A stretch of DNA of 42,816 nt. Source: Saprolegnia diclina VS20 (lineage: Eukaryota). Of the stretch, positions 13,321 to 25,000 are shown in pieces. Below the pieces are notes generated by a model that was not told the DNA's origin, searched no databases, and was given only the letters and a program-made list of their open reading frames with translations. The stretch spans positions 1 through 42,816 of the forward strand of contig NW_008246108.1 of assembly GCF_000281045.1 (NCBI RefSeq). The letters run 5' to 3'. The number at the start of each line of letters is the position of its first letter. The first letter of the stretch is position 1. The translations under genes and the position numbers were made by a program.

Positions 13321-14493
13321 TCATGCAAACACGGAGAGACAGATGGAGATGTCGTCGGGCTTCTTGTGCGTGAGGCTTGCCATGCGCTGGACTTGGGCGA
13401 GCGCGTAGTGGTGCGTGTACGCCTCGGCGGGACAGGCCGCGATGCTCCGGTCAAACGTAGCAGGTGTGTCCTTGAGCGCCGCCTTGAGCGTCGCCGCAAT
13501 CTTCTTTTCCGCGCACCCGCCGCTGCGGCCGACGCGACCGACGTACTCCTTGGCCGCCGCGACGCTGAACGGGTACTCCCGCCAGTCGTGGCCGTCGTTG
13601 GCCAGCGCTGCGTGCGCAACGCTCGAGCACAAGGACGAGGGCAGCTCGGCGCTCGCGTGTAGCATCTTGGACTTGGCCGAGAGGCGCGGCGGATGCGACG
13701 GTGCAACTAACGCGCAGAGGTCGGCTTTGAACACGTTGTCGCCGACGCCGTCCGAGAAGGTGACGAGGCGATCGCCAGATTGGAGGCTGAGCGTCTGGAC
13801 CATGAAGCGCGAGACCGACTTGGCGTTGACGACCGCCGGCGCGTTGAACTCTTTCAGGACGGCAAAGGTCTCGTAGACGACCCGCCCTTTCCGGACGACA
13901 ATGGCCTTTGAGTCGCCGACGCAGAACGTGTAGAGGCACCGTGCGCGGCGGTCAATGTAGCACACGACCAAAGTCGACGCCATCGTTGGTGCAAACGTGA
14001 GCTGGCTCTGCGCAAGCGATATCGCCGAGAGCACGCGGTCTTGGAACCCCGTGGTCGAGCCAGCGTTCGGGCACTGCACCAAGAAGGTTTCGTACTGCAC
14101 CAGCGCTTTCTCGACGCAATCGACCAGTGTGCGCGCCAAGAGCGCGGACGGGCTCTCGCGGCTCGGCCGGCCGGTTTCCTCCGACCCGCTGGCCGACACG
14201 CCGTCCGCAACAACATGGTAGTAGCTGCCAACCGCCATCGCGTCCTCGCCGTGGTAGACGTAGCTGGCGCTGCCATACGAGACGTCCAGCGACGCCTTGC
14301 GGCCAAAGAACCGGTGCAAGAGCGGCTTGCGGCGCTTGAGCGTGGTCATGTTGGCGCCGTGCTCGACGACGGGCGAGTCGTCCGTGACGACGGTCGACGT
14401 TGGCGTCGTCGGGAGCCACTCGTCCTCGTCGTCCGTGATCGTGTCACTGCCATGGAGGAGGAGGACCTTGGCGCGGAGCGTCGGGGATGGCAT
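13321..14493 (-). CDS. PP2C/PPM-family protein phosphatase, PTC7-like; intronless
   Basis: GEDA, VVADGV, STLVV, VGDSK, FSDGVGDN and KPDDISIC motifs carry the metal-binding Asp residues. Likely start MPSPTLR at 14493. Confidence 0.85.
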   Translation of the reverse strand: MPSPTLRAKVLLLHGSDTITDDEDEWLPTTPTSTVVTDDSPVVEHGANMTTLKRRKPLLHRFFGRKASLDVSYGSASYVYHGEDAMAVGSYYHVVADGVSASGSEETGRPSRESPSALLARTLVDCVEKALVQYETFLVQCPNAGSTTGFQDRVLSAISLAQSQLTFAPTMASTLVVCYIDRRARCLYTFCVGDSKAIVVRKGRVVYETFAVLKEFNAPAVVNAKSVSRFMVQTLSLQSGDRLVTFSDGVGDNVFKADLCALVAPSHPPRLSAKSKMLHASAELPSSLCSSVAHAALANDGHDWREYPFSVAAAKEYVGRVGRSGGCAEKKIAATLKAALKDTPATFDRSIAACPAEAYTHHYALAQVQRMASLTHKKPDDISICLSVFA

Positions 14494-15351
14494 GCGGCCG
14501 GCCGAATATTTTTGATTGTGAAAGGAACATTTCGTGCACCCAGAAGCAACGCTCTGCGGCGTTTGATTGGCCAAAAGGCCGTCCCATACACGGTTCAAGT
14601 TTCAACGAATGGGCATTTCACAGCCATGTCCCGGGTGCCATGGACCAACAACTACGGTAGACGTCAACGATCTTCCCGCCCAGCGAACGATCGAGCGTCC
14701 GGTCGGACCCACCTGCCAACAAAACCAGCCAGAAACACAGCCAAACAATGACCACCACGCAGCTCCGACCCAAGCCAGAACCCAGGGACACCACACCACA
14801 CGACAAACAAGAAGCCGAGCCCAAGAGGTAAACCAGGTAAAAGGAAAAACAGCCGACACCCACTTTTCTTGCAGGACCTGCAAGGGAGGACATCATGCAA
14901 GATGGCAAGTGCGCGAACGTGTTCGTTCTTGTTGGGCAGTGGGCAGTGGAGCCTGCTTCAATGATACTTGAGACACTGTCGGTAATATGCAGGGGATATT
15001 GAGAATATGTTGGGATCTCAGTGCCCGTGCACGCTGAAGCAGCAACGGACCAAGCACGGACTTGGACTCAGAACTCTCAGAACGCAGCGATGCTTGGAGC
15101 AGGCCGCCGAGATGGTGCAATCTCTGCAGCCCCCTTCTTCTTGGAGGAAGCCAGACAGGCGTCGCGTTCAGCAAACGCAGTCTGACCGTAGAAGCCGGGA
15201 GCAGGAGACACGCAGTAATGCATCGACGCACGCCATCTGGCGCTGCCCCATCACTTGCGGCCATCATCACCCGGTGTCCCGGTATCCAGCATGCAGAGCA
15301 AGCGAAAATCACACACAATTTATTGCTGGTCGCCGTCTTCAAAAAAGGAAA

Positions 15352-18300
15352 CTAGAGGTCCGACATGTCGTCGGGGCGTTCGCTCGGGTGGATGAGGCCG
15401 GGCACCGCGAGGCGCGACGCGCGCTCCATCTCGAGTTGCTGCTGCGTCATCGCGAGGCTCTCTTCCAAGAAAAGGTCGGCGTTGTCTTCGCCCGCAAACT
15501 CCTTGACGTTGACGAGGAAGTCGCGCAGGTGCTTCTTAAAGTGCGCGAGGTCCTTCCCGAGGTCAAAGCAGCCGACGACAAAGAGCCGCACTTGGTTCCT
15601 ACACTCAGTTCTGAGTCCTTGTGCAGACAAAAGCAAGCACGTACGACGACATGTTGGGGAACGACGTGCCAATCATGTTGGCCACATATTCCTTGAGGAA
15701 GGCCGCGTTCGTCTGGTTCGGGCCCATTTGCGGCGGGTTCGGGAGCGACTCCCAGAGCGGGATCGACACCTGGTTGGACTCGACGATCGTAAACATGTGG
15801 CGCAAGATCGCCGCGTGCATCTTGAAGCCAAACTTGTGCAGGCGGTCCGTGAGCACGACCAGGATGTCTTGGAGCAGCGAGAGGTAGAACGACCGGTAAA
15901 AGCTCGCCGCGATCACAGGGCTTTCGCGCACGTTGAGGAGGAGCGCGTACAGCGTTTCCAAGCCCTAATCGACAATAAGATTTCCATCAGAAAAAGTAGG
16001 ATCGTGGCGTACCGTGTCGGCGACGTTGCGCTCCGTGTGCTTGAAGGCCCACACGATCGAGTCGACGACGAGCTTTTGGTGCTCGGGCGGGATCGTAAAG
16101 AGCGCTTCAAAGCAGTAGTCGTTGACGGCCTTGAGCAGCTTGAAAAAGTTGACGCGATGCTCCGGAAAGTCTTCGAAGTTGCGCGTAATCATCTGCAGCG
16201 TGCACTCAAACACTGCTTCGAGCATGCTCGGCGCCGACGGAGCGATCGACGCCTTGAGCTTGTTGAGGGTCATCGCGAGGAGCGTGAGCACTTCTGCCTC
16301 CTTCGCGCTCGGCACCGTCGTCTTGTAGTCCGAGAGGACCACCTCGAGGAGCGCGGGCAAAAAGTGGTGCGACAGCGTCTTCCGGCCCGTCTCGTCCGCC
16401 GACGAGTGCTCGATAAAGGCCTCAAAGAGGCGCAGGCTCTCCTTCTTGGCCGACCGCAAGAGGCGGACTTCGGACGACTTGGTCGCCGTCTCGCCGCCCT
16501 GCTGCACCGCCATCGCAATGCGGTGCGTGTACGTGCGGTAGACGTTGAGGAGGTCCTGGAAGATCTGGCCCATCTGCGAGTTGAAGCCGTTGGGCCCGAT
16601 CGCCTTGCACACGTTGCCGTTCGTGCGGATAATCTTGACAATCTCCTTGACGACCGTGCTGTCAAAGAGGATCTCGACGTTCTGCGCCGCCTGCTGCATG
16701 ATGCTCGTCCACGCCTGGTTCGGGAGCTTCATGAGCTCGGCGAGGAGCGTGTCCTTGCGCGCGGGTACGTTCTCGGCGGCCAGCATCGACGCGACGGCCT
16801 CGTAAAACGTGTGCAGCTGGTGCGTCTGGAGGTCGCTCACCGTCTTGGGCAAGTCCATGAGGAGCTCCTCCACAAACGGGTACGGCTCGGAGGGCTGAAG
16901 AACGACAAACTTGCGCCGGCACTTTTGCGAAATCTTGAGGAACGTGTCGCAAGCCATGTCCTGCACGCCCGGGTGCAGCTCGTGCATAAACTCAAAGAGC
17001 TTGTTGACGACCGTCTTGAGGAACTTCCAGTGCGCGCGGAGGAAGCGCGGGTACTGGCCGACCACGTACATGATGTTCGAAGCGACCACCGCCTTGTTGT
17101 CCTTCCCGCGCTTCATCTCGCAGAGCCCGAGGAGGTCCTTAATGACCGTGACGAGGAAGCGCTTCTCGTTCTCTTCGCTCATGGCGCCCGAGATGGACCC
17201 GATCGCCCAGCAGAGCGTGTTGAGGTTGTTCCACGACCAGCCGTTGCCCTCGACCTGGTCTGTGAGTTTCTCGAGCATGATGTTCTCCGTGTCGTCATAG
17301 TCGAGGTGCGTGAGGTACACGAGGCCTTCGTGCATCGTCTTGTACTGCGAGAGCGCCTCCGTGTCCTTGGTCGTCTCGCGCACAATCTCGCCATTCTCGT
17401 CTTCGACGATGAGCACCTCGGACGGCTTGACCATCTTGGAGATCATGACGACGCGGACGCGCGAGAGGATCGGCGCCAAGAGGCCCTTGCGCGTGATCGG
17501 CTCGTCTTCGCGCTTGGACGAGAGCGAGAGCACCGAGCTGCTCTGGTGCGACTGCTGCTGCATCTGGTTCTGGTCCACAGCGTACAGGTCGCGCGTAAAG
17601 AGGTGCCAGTAGTCGAGGCAGATCTTGAAGATGTTGTCGTCGTCAACCTCCGAGATGGACACGAGGTACGAAAAGCCTACACACCGATGAGCTCTCCCTA
17701 TTGAAGACTTGTGGATCGCTATACCCGTGAGAAGCGCGACGTGCGCTTCGTCGTTGGCGCGGACGATCGGGCGCTCAATGACCTGGATCCGGTGGCGGAA
17801 AAAGTTGGTGAAGAAGAGCGAGAGGCCTTGCACAAAGACGCTGTCGTGGTTGTAGATGCGCTCAAACGACTGGCCGACGGGCACGAGGCGCGTGAGCTCC
17901 GTGAGGACGCCAATGTACATCTGCACAAAGACAGCGTCGTAGGACGGCGGCACGTCGCTGAGGTTGGCGATCTCGCTCAAGCACGCAATCGTGTCGTTGC
18001 GGAAGGCCGGCGTTCCGAGAAACTTCTTGACGAGCGTCTCGATGAGCGACGTCTCAAACACAAAGCCGAGCGGGATCCACGAGAGGAACCGGAGCAGCGT
18101 CTGGAGCGTGATCGTGAGCAGCGGGATGTGCGTCGACTTGTCCAGCACAAACTCGCAGAGCTTGAAGATCTGGATAAACTCGTGGTTGAGGCTCTCCTTG
18201 AGGCCCTTGGTCTTCTTCTCCGTCATCTGGTCCTTGGAAAAGTCGAAAATCTCTTCGCTGAGGAGCTTGAGGATGAGCATGTTGTTCTCGCAAAGCACTT

Positions 18301-18945
18301 CCGACGTCTGGCTCGACGTGCAAATGTCCGTGATGAACGACGGCCAGTTCTGCGGCCACTCGTGCTTGAGCACCTGTTGCCATTGGCGCATGAGCGGTCT
18401 ATTGACATGAAGAAAGGACAGGTGTACCTGGACGAGCACGAGGTTCATCTTGTTGATGAAGAGGCGTTCCTTGCGCAGCGTGGCCTCGTCCGCCGACATC
18501 TACATGTCATTGTGAGACTCGTTTCGCAAAGATGCCACGCGGTACCGTGAGGATCTTGCCCACAATGTACTGCTTGATGCCTTCCCGCTGGTCCTTGGGC
18601 ATGGCGAACCATCTGTACTTGATCGCGTCTTCGAGGACCTAGGCGCGCATGAGCATACAGGCGAGGCGAGGCGGCCGCCGCTTGGCGCGCGGCCAGCGAC
18701 CGCCAGCGAAGCTTCTCGGATGGTACCTGCAGGCCAAAGTACTTGGTCGGCTGGTACGTCGACGTCTCGAGGATCTGCGAGACGCGGGTCCACGAGTCCT
18801 GGTGGTTCTGGAAGGCCACCATGATCTGGTTGGCGATCGCAATGTGGGGGCTGTTGGGGTTCTGCATGCACATGACGACCTCGTCCAAGGCTGCGACGTC
18901 GAGCGGGATGCTCATGTCCATCAACTTGGCGCCGACTTGTTCCAT
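15352..18945 (-). CDS. XPO1: Exportin-1 (CRM1), multi-exon
   Basis: TKYFGLQ, VLKHEWPQNWPSFI, CENNMLILKLLSEEIFDFS, TLLRFLSWIP, IVEDENGEIVRE, LNTLCWAIGSISGAM, DLLGLCEMKRGKDNKAVVASNIMYVVGQYPRFL, FKKHLRDFLVNVKEFAG. Confidence 0.97.
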
Positions 18946-20130
18946 CGCTTCCTTGCCGCTTCCGTCGGCCCCTAACTTATTCTGTGCCCGAAATTCAAAG
19001 TGGGGTAAATATAAAAACCAACGCCACGTCGAATTTAATACACCAATGTCAAATGCCAGTCTGGCAACGCAGCCTCACTATGGATCTTTCCCGAAGTGGA
19101 ATAAAATGACAAATAATTAAAAAGCAAGCCGCGAGATATCGACTTTGAGAGGTTTGTTTTACGAACATTCGCTCCAGCATACAGCGTTCCAGTCATAAAT
19201 TGGAATGGGATCCCGGAGGGCGGCCAAAGCCTCCAGCATCTTATACACAAGATGCGATGTGGCAGGTATGCAATAGAAGAGGATGCCAAGTATTGGTTCC
19301 CTAGCATTGCGGTGGGTGGTCGTGCCCTCTGTGCGTTTAGTACACTGTTTTATATGTCGTTTGAAAAACAGTATAAAAAACAAGTTGACGTTGCGATACG
19401 GTAATCTCTACTGACCTTTGCGAAGATGGACATGGAGATGGAGCACGTTTTCTGTCGACATCCTTTCCATGCAGGCGTTCCCTCCGAGCCTCCAACGAGT
19501 CATAGTCGTACGTGGCATGTATACGTGTGCTGGCGACCCACGATAGCTCCGTGTGTTGCCCTTGGGGTCCCTCAAGATATGAATGAAGCATAGCATAACG
19601 CGTGTTTGGTGAAGGCCTCGAAGGAATCCTGCAGTAGGAATATCCTTCTGGATAATTCAGCAGATTCTTGCAGCTGTTCAAGCCCGGATCACAGCGACCG
19701 TATAAGTCTCGATATTGCATACTGATGCACTAGAGCAGTTAGCTTGTGCTCGTGGGGTAGTATTGTGGCAATCGATGTGCAGCAGGCGCCACCATCACAC
19801 TGGCATGAGGACAAATCGATGATGGCTCGACGTTTCCTACATGTTTTAAACCTTACGATGTATAAAACATGGGCCGACAAAAACGTGGCACACCACCGTG
19901 ACAGGACGGGCCGCAGAAGCAACTTCGGCGGCCCCTGTGCGACGCGGTCACGGTCGACTCGCAGAGGGTGAGACACCTCCACTGCGTGGTGGCCAGTTAT
20001 CGTCGCACTTACTAATCTCGACCATCCTTCTCGTTGCTTTGCACCACACAACCAACGTTCACCGTGTCTCCACCCTCTACAGCTTGCATCGCAGTGATGT
20101 AAAACAAGACGATGCGCTTGTTGGGCAAGC

Positions 20131-21510
20131 CTACATACATAGCGTCACGCGATGGTGCGTCTGGAGCGTCCGTGAAAGCAGGTCGCGGTCGAGGGCCATG
20201 CCTCCGAGATGGATCGTCAGTGGCCGCGTCACATTCGTGCAAGCGTCGCAGAGGCCAGTGAGAAGCCGCGCCGCCGCCCCGTTGTCAAAAAAATTCGACG
20301 ACAAGTCTACATGGACAAGGCCGTGCTGCCTCAAATGTGGCAGAGCCTTGGCAATCATCCCTGCGGCGGCCACGCTTAGTGCGCTGTTGGTCCACACGAG
20401 CGCCTGCAGACCGCGGGCAGCTCCAAGCCAGCTCAGAAAGCATCCGAGGAGCTCCAGAGGGATCACGGTGCGGTCCAAGCTCACGCGCCGAAGCCGAGAA
20501 TGGGGTTGCAGCGCGCGCGTCGGTGGGCGCTGCCGACACCGGTGTAGTGCAATCTCTTCCAGCTCTGGAAACGCGTGCAGTCGCTGCCATAGGTCCGTGA
20601 GGTCCCGCGGCGTATGACATGCAAAAACGACCTTTCGGATCGTACTCAAGTTCACGTGGCCAAGGAGCGAAGCCATGTTGGTGGTTGGCATGATACCTTG
20701 CAGCTCGAGCGACGTGAGATGCAATTGCAGCGGCGGCTTGTTCACGCTGTGGGATGCAGTTGAGAACGCGCGTCCCAGCGACGACCGACAGCTCAGTGCG
20801 AGATGATTGAGGGACGGTGACGCGGCCAGCGCACGCAGAACGGCGTCGTCGTCGGTCGTGCCACAGGACAAACATAGCGTCGTCGCAGTTGGTGATCGCA
20901 GCCAATCGACCACTGGGCCGTGCGCCACCCTCTCGCTCGAGGCCACTGTGTGAATGGCCAAGCTGCGCACGCGGAGCGCAGATGAGACGATGGCGCCGAC
21001 GACATCGGGCACAACCATCTTCTTCAAGACGATGCGGGTCAAGCTGGTGCAGCGCTCCAAGGCAGAGCAAACTCGCGCAATTTCGATGGTGTTCTTGATG
21101 ACACTACCATGGATGTGCAGCGTCGTGACGCTCATCGCCCATCGATCGAGGATGAGAGAGGACGCGGCGTCATGGACGGAAAGCTCGAGGCGGACTGTTC
21201 GCGGCAGCGCCAGCGGCCACTGCGCCAAGTCGAAAGGCTTTAATCCAGTGTATCGCACTTGCGTGAACGTTGCCAAGGTGGAGAGAGCGAGATCAATGCA
21301 ATTGTCTGGGAGCGCATCAAGTGCGAGTGTGGGCCACTGTTGCTGGGCCCGGAGCAGCAGCCGCCGAAGCGCTGCCAGCGGCGCAGAGAGCATTGATAGC
21401 GCGCCCAAGAAGGCGAGGACCTCGGGCGCAGAGGCCATGTAGCGCACGACGTCCATGACGACCGGCGTGTCGTGCCATCGGGTCCGTGATCCACACGTCC
21501 GCTTGGCCAT
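20131..21510 (-). CDS. Leucine-rich repeat (RNI-like) protein, lineage-expanded family; intronless
   Basis: Repeated LxxLxL units (SLTRIVL, SLNHLALS, LTSLELQG, LEEIALH, LRRVSLD, LVHVDLSSNFFDNGAA). N-terminal VLAFLGAL...LAALRRLL...WP module. Confidence 0.75.
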   Translation of the reverse strand: MAKRTCGSRTRWHDTPVVMDVVRYMASAPEVLAFLGALSMLSAPLAALRRLLLRAQQQWPTLALDALPDNCIDLALSTLATFTQVRYTGLKPFDLAQWPLALPRTVRLELSVHDAASSLILDRWAMSVTTLHIHGSVIKNTIEIARVCSALERCTSLTRIVLKKMVVPDVVGAIVSSALRVRSLAIHTVASSERVAHGPVVDWLRSPTATTLCLSCGTTDDDAVLRALAASPSLNHLALSCRSSLGRAFSTASHSVNKPPLQLHLTSLELQGIMPTTNMASLLGHVNLSTIRKVVFACHTPRDLTDLWQRLHAFPELEEIALHRCRQRPPTRALQPHSRLRRVSLDRTVIPLELLGCFLSWLGAARGLQALVWTNSALSVAAAGMIAKALPHLRQHGLVHVDLSSNFFDNGAAARLLTGLCDACTNVTRPLTIHLGGMALDRDLLSRTLQTHHRVTLCM

Positions 21511-22084
21511 CACGCCCACAATAGCAAGCCCATCAACCGGCTGATATCCGGATGCAGACGCCGGTGACTTCTAAAACAGTGGATTAAACAGTGTTTGCCG
21601 GGCGATGCCAGATCCTGGGATGTAGGTGTTGGTTGAAGTGTTGTCTCCTCGGACACTGCAAGGGCATCAGACCAAATGGGAAAAAATCCAAACTGGGGCA
21701 AACGACGACCTTGATGGGGCCTTTGACCATCGAGATCGTGACATATTGGCGGTGTAGTCTGCGGCGTCTACACAAGCTACCTCCAGTGTCCTCCTCGGAC
21801 ATGCACGAGCAGCGCGCAACCGCTCGCCATCGGTGTCAACCATGTCGCGTATCTGGGTATTGCAGTATAATCTAGAATCGGTCTTGCAATCGGATCTAAA
21901 TGTTGTCCTGTACTTTTGGACAAAATCGGATGCAAGCCACTGGAATCGTGGCGCAGAATGTTGGTCACCAGTTGAAGTTGCCACTGCCGACACTTCTCTC
22001 GCTGCACCAGGACTAAACTATGCACTAGATATTTAAATGGTAAGTGTCTTAAATACGAGTCGTCGACTTGAGCGAACGAGAGAG

Positions 22085-25000
22085 TTATGGGGTCTTGGTC
22101 TCTTCGTCGTCGCTGTAGTACCGGTGCGACGAGCGCATCGACGATCGGAGCTCATCAATGACGCGGTCCCGCTACGTTCAAGTCTTGGCTTCGTCTCTAG
22201 TAACCTCTTCGGCGCGCGTACCTCGTCGAGCTCCTTCTCGTACTTGGCTGCAAACTTGCGAAACTTGGTGCGCGAATGTTCCAGTTGCTGCCAAACTGTG
22301 TTATGCGCTTCAGTTGACGGAGTAGTGGATACCTGAATCGTCGCATCTTGCTTGGCCAGTCGATCTTCCAGCGCTTTGCAGCGTGCTTCGGCTTCGGCCA
22401 TAAAGTTGGACGAGGCGCGTGACCCGGACGAGGGCGTGCTCCGGGGCAGCGACGGCGGTGTGCCCCGGCCCACTGACGACGCGACGTACAAGGGCGAAAC
22501 AGGACTGGGTTGCTGCTGTTGGTACACTTGCAACTGCGCCGCCATGGCCTCGCGTTCTTCCCGCGCGTCGGCGAGCTGCCCTTGGGTCGTCGCCATCTGA
22601 ACGCGGAGCGACTGCAAGAGCGACTCGAGCTTGGCTTTTTCAGACGATATCGATGCCACCTGCTGCGAGAGCTCGGTCTTGTCGTGCAGGGCATGGTTGA
22701 GCCTAATATGCACTTTGAGAACAATGCGTTGCGGTTCTCTTCTTACCGAGCTTGGACGTGGCTGAGCTTTTGCTGGAGGCTCGACTTTTGCGCCACCGTC
22801 TCAAACCGCTCGGACGCGAGCTCCGAGGCGACATTGTGTTGCGACGACAGCGCCCCTTGGAGCATGGCCTGGGACCGCGACGCTTCCTCGGCTTGTTCTA
22901 CACCCAAGGTTGTTGCGATTCTACAAGCTCACGTAGCTCTGCACCTGCCGACCGCTCGAGTTGCAACGAGAGCTGCTTGATTTGATCCATGAGAATCGTT
23001 CGCTCGGCGCGAAGCTCAGCGACGTGCTGCGTCGCGGCCTCCTTCTCCAACAGCACCGACTGCATCTAGCGACAATATGTATAAGTCCTCGTACGAGAGA
23101 AACACCATTGTACCTGCTTGCGAAGCGAGTCGTTGATCGCACTTGTCTCTTCGCGACGGTGGCTCAGCTGCTGCCGCGTCGTGTCGAGGGCGTCCATCTC
23201 GAGCACGGCCGCGCGGTACGACTGCTTGACGTCGTCGAGCTCGATCTGTAAAGAATCTCGCTCGCGCTCAACCGTGCGCACGTGCGCATGCAATGCGCGA
23301 TGGTCTTCTTCAACTTGGTCTATCGAAAAGAGGGTTAGACGGTCTCAAATACAGGTAGTCGTACCGAGCTCAAAGTGCAGCTTGGTGCATTCGTTCGAGA
23401 GTGATTGGTTCTCGACCGTCATGTGCTGCAGATCCTGCTGCAGCGCCACGTGCTCGGCGGCGCGCAAGCTCACGTCGTCCGTCGCTTTGGAAAGCGCGGT
23501 TGATGTTGCGTCGAGCTGCTTTTGGAGAAACGACACTTCGTCTTCCTTGGCGTTCAGTGCGTGCTCGAGCTTGCTCAGCTGTTGCTCGCAGTCTAAAGTA
23601 TACTATGGTGAGATACGAGACTCGTTGTCCGTAGAGTGTACCTTGCACGTGAAGTCGCAGTCGGGTGTACTCTTCTTGGGACGCGTGGAGCTGCTGCGTG
23701 AGCGCATCGGCCGACTCGGTCTTGAGGTCGACGCTGTTGTGGAGGCTGTCGTTCTCGGCATCGAGCGTCTGGACGACGTCTTTCAGATGCGCGATCTCTG
23801 CGTTCGCAGCCGCCACTGTGGCGCGGAGATCGTCGACAAGAGCGTGGACTTGAGACGTTTTCTGGCCCTGGAACGACGCGTCGAGCTGCGCTTGCTTGGA
23901 CTGCAGCTGTAGTGCGTCACGCGAGTGCTCCATCTCGTGCAGCAAGTGACGGAGCTGGGTCTTGTCTTGTTCGAGGACGAGCGCGCGCTCCGAAAGTTGC
24001 GCCGTCTCCTCGCCAAGTCGCTTGACTTGGACCTCGAGCGACGCGCAGCGTGCCGCGTGCGTCTGTCCGTCCTCCTTGGCCAGCGTCCACTGCCGCTCGA
24101 GACCGGACCGCGTCGCCTTGGCTTGCTCGAGCTGCTGCTCCAGTTGGCTACCTGTACAAGAATAATGAAGATACGTTTGGAGCGACACGGGTGGTGTATA
24201 CTCTTAGCCTGCGCGCGGTGAAGCTGCGCTGTGAGGTCCTGGACCTGCCGCGCCACTTGCGCATGCAGCTGCCGCGTCGCATGGTGCGATCGCTCTTCCT
24301 GTTGCAGCGTTGCTGCGCACTCGGAAAGTTCGTCCGAGACGCGCTCAAACTCGGTCTTGAAATACAGCTTCCCTTGCTGCGCCGCCGACGCATCAGCACC
24401 TGCGGTCGCCACTGCGCGCGCTTCTTCGTCGAGCTCTAGTCGCAGCTGAGCTAGCTGGTCGTGCGCACCCCGAAGGTCGTCTTGCGTCTAGATGCAGAGG
24501 TAAGTCGGGGCTTACTATACAATGGTAGGACCTTTTCGAGCTGCTTGCGAAGCATCGACTGCGACGCTGTGAGCGCGGCGACTTGCGTCTCGGCCTGCGT
24601 CTTCTCAAGCAGCGCGGCTTGGCAGCGCTGCTGAAAGATGACGCTGTCTTGCTTGCCCTTGACTAGATGTAGAATGTGAGCACGCGAATAGAAGGAAGCT
24701 GGACCTTGATCTTGCTGGACTTGCTTGTACCACTCGAGCTGCCGGCTCGCCTCATTGCACTGGAGCTCGAGCCGCATGGCCGTTTCCTGGTACTCGATCG
24801 CGTCGGCCTTGAGGCGCTTAAGCTGATTGGTCACGTCGGCCGTCTCGGCTTGCGACCGCTGTAGTTGCTGGTGCACAAGTTCGACCTGCGCTTCGGCCTC
24901 GCGCACCCGCGCGTCGTTGGCCAAAAGCGCCTCGCGACTGGACGCGAGCTGCACGTCGAGCTGCACCTTGTCTTTGCGCAGCGCATCGATTTCGTCTTGA

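Noticed and set aside
14868..14884. Palindrome cttgcagg-a-cctgcaag
   Set aside because: Arms are only 8 bp and there is no supporting context
14602..14908. Hydrophobic Trp/Val-rich minus-strand ORFs
   Set aside because: Product of a C/A-rich low-complexity tract; no coding bias
15365..17704. 779-aa + strand ORF antisense to XPO1 (similarly 39969-40973 and 41608-42459 opposite the CAP genes)
   Set aside because: Shadow ORFs: strong GC3 codon bias depletes antisense stops, and the products have no domain character
17677..18427. Stop-free in-frame introns (XPO1 17677-17724 and 18374-18427; DMGDH 4780-4827) read through by the ORF track
   Set aside because: Expected by chance for short GC-rich introns; an annotation trap rather than evidence of regulated retention
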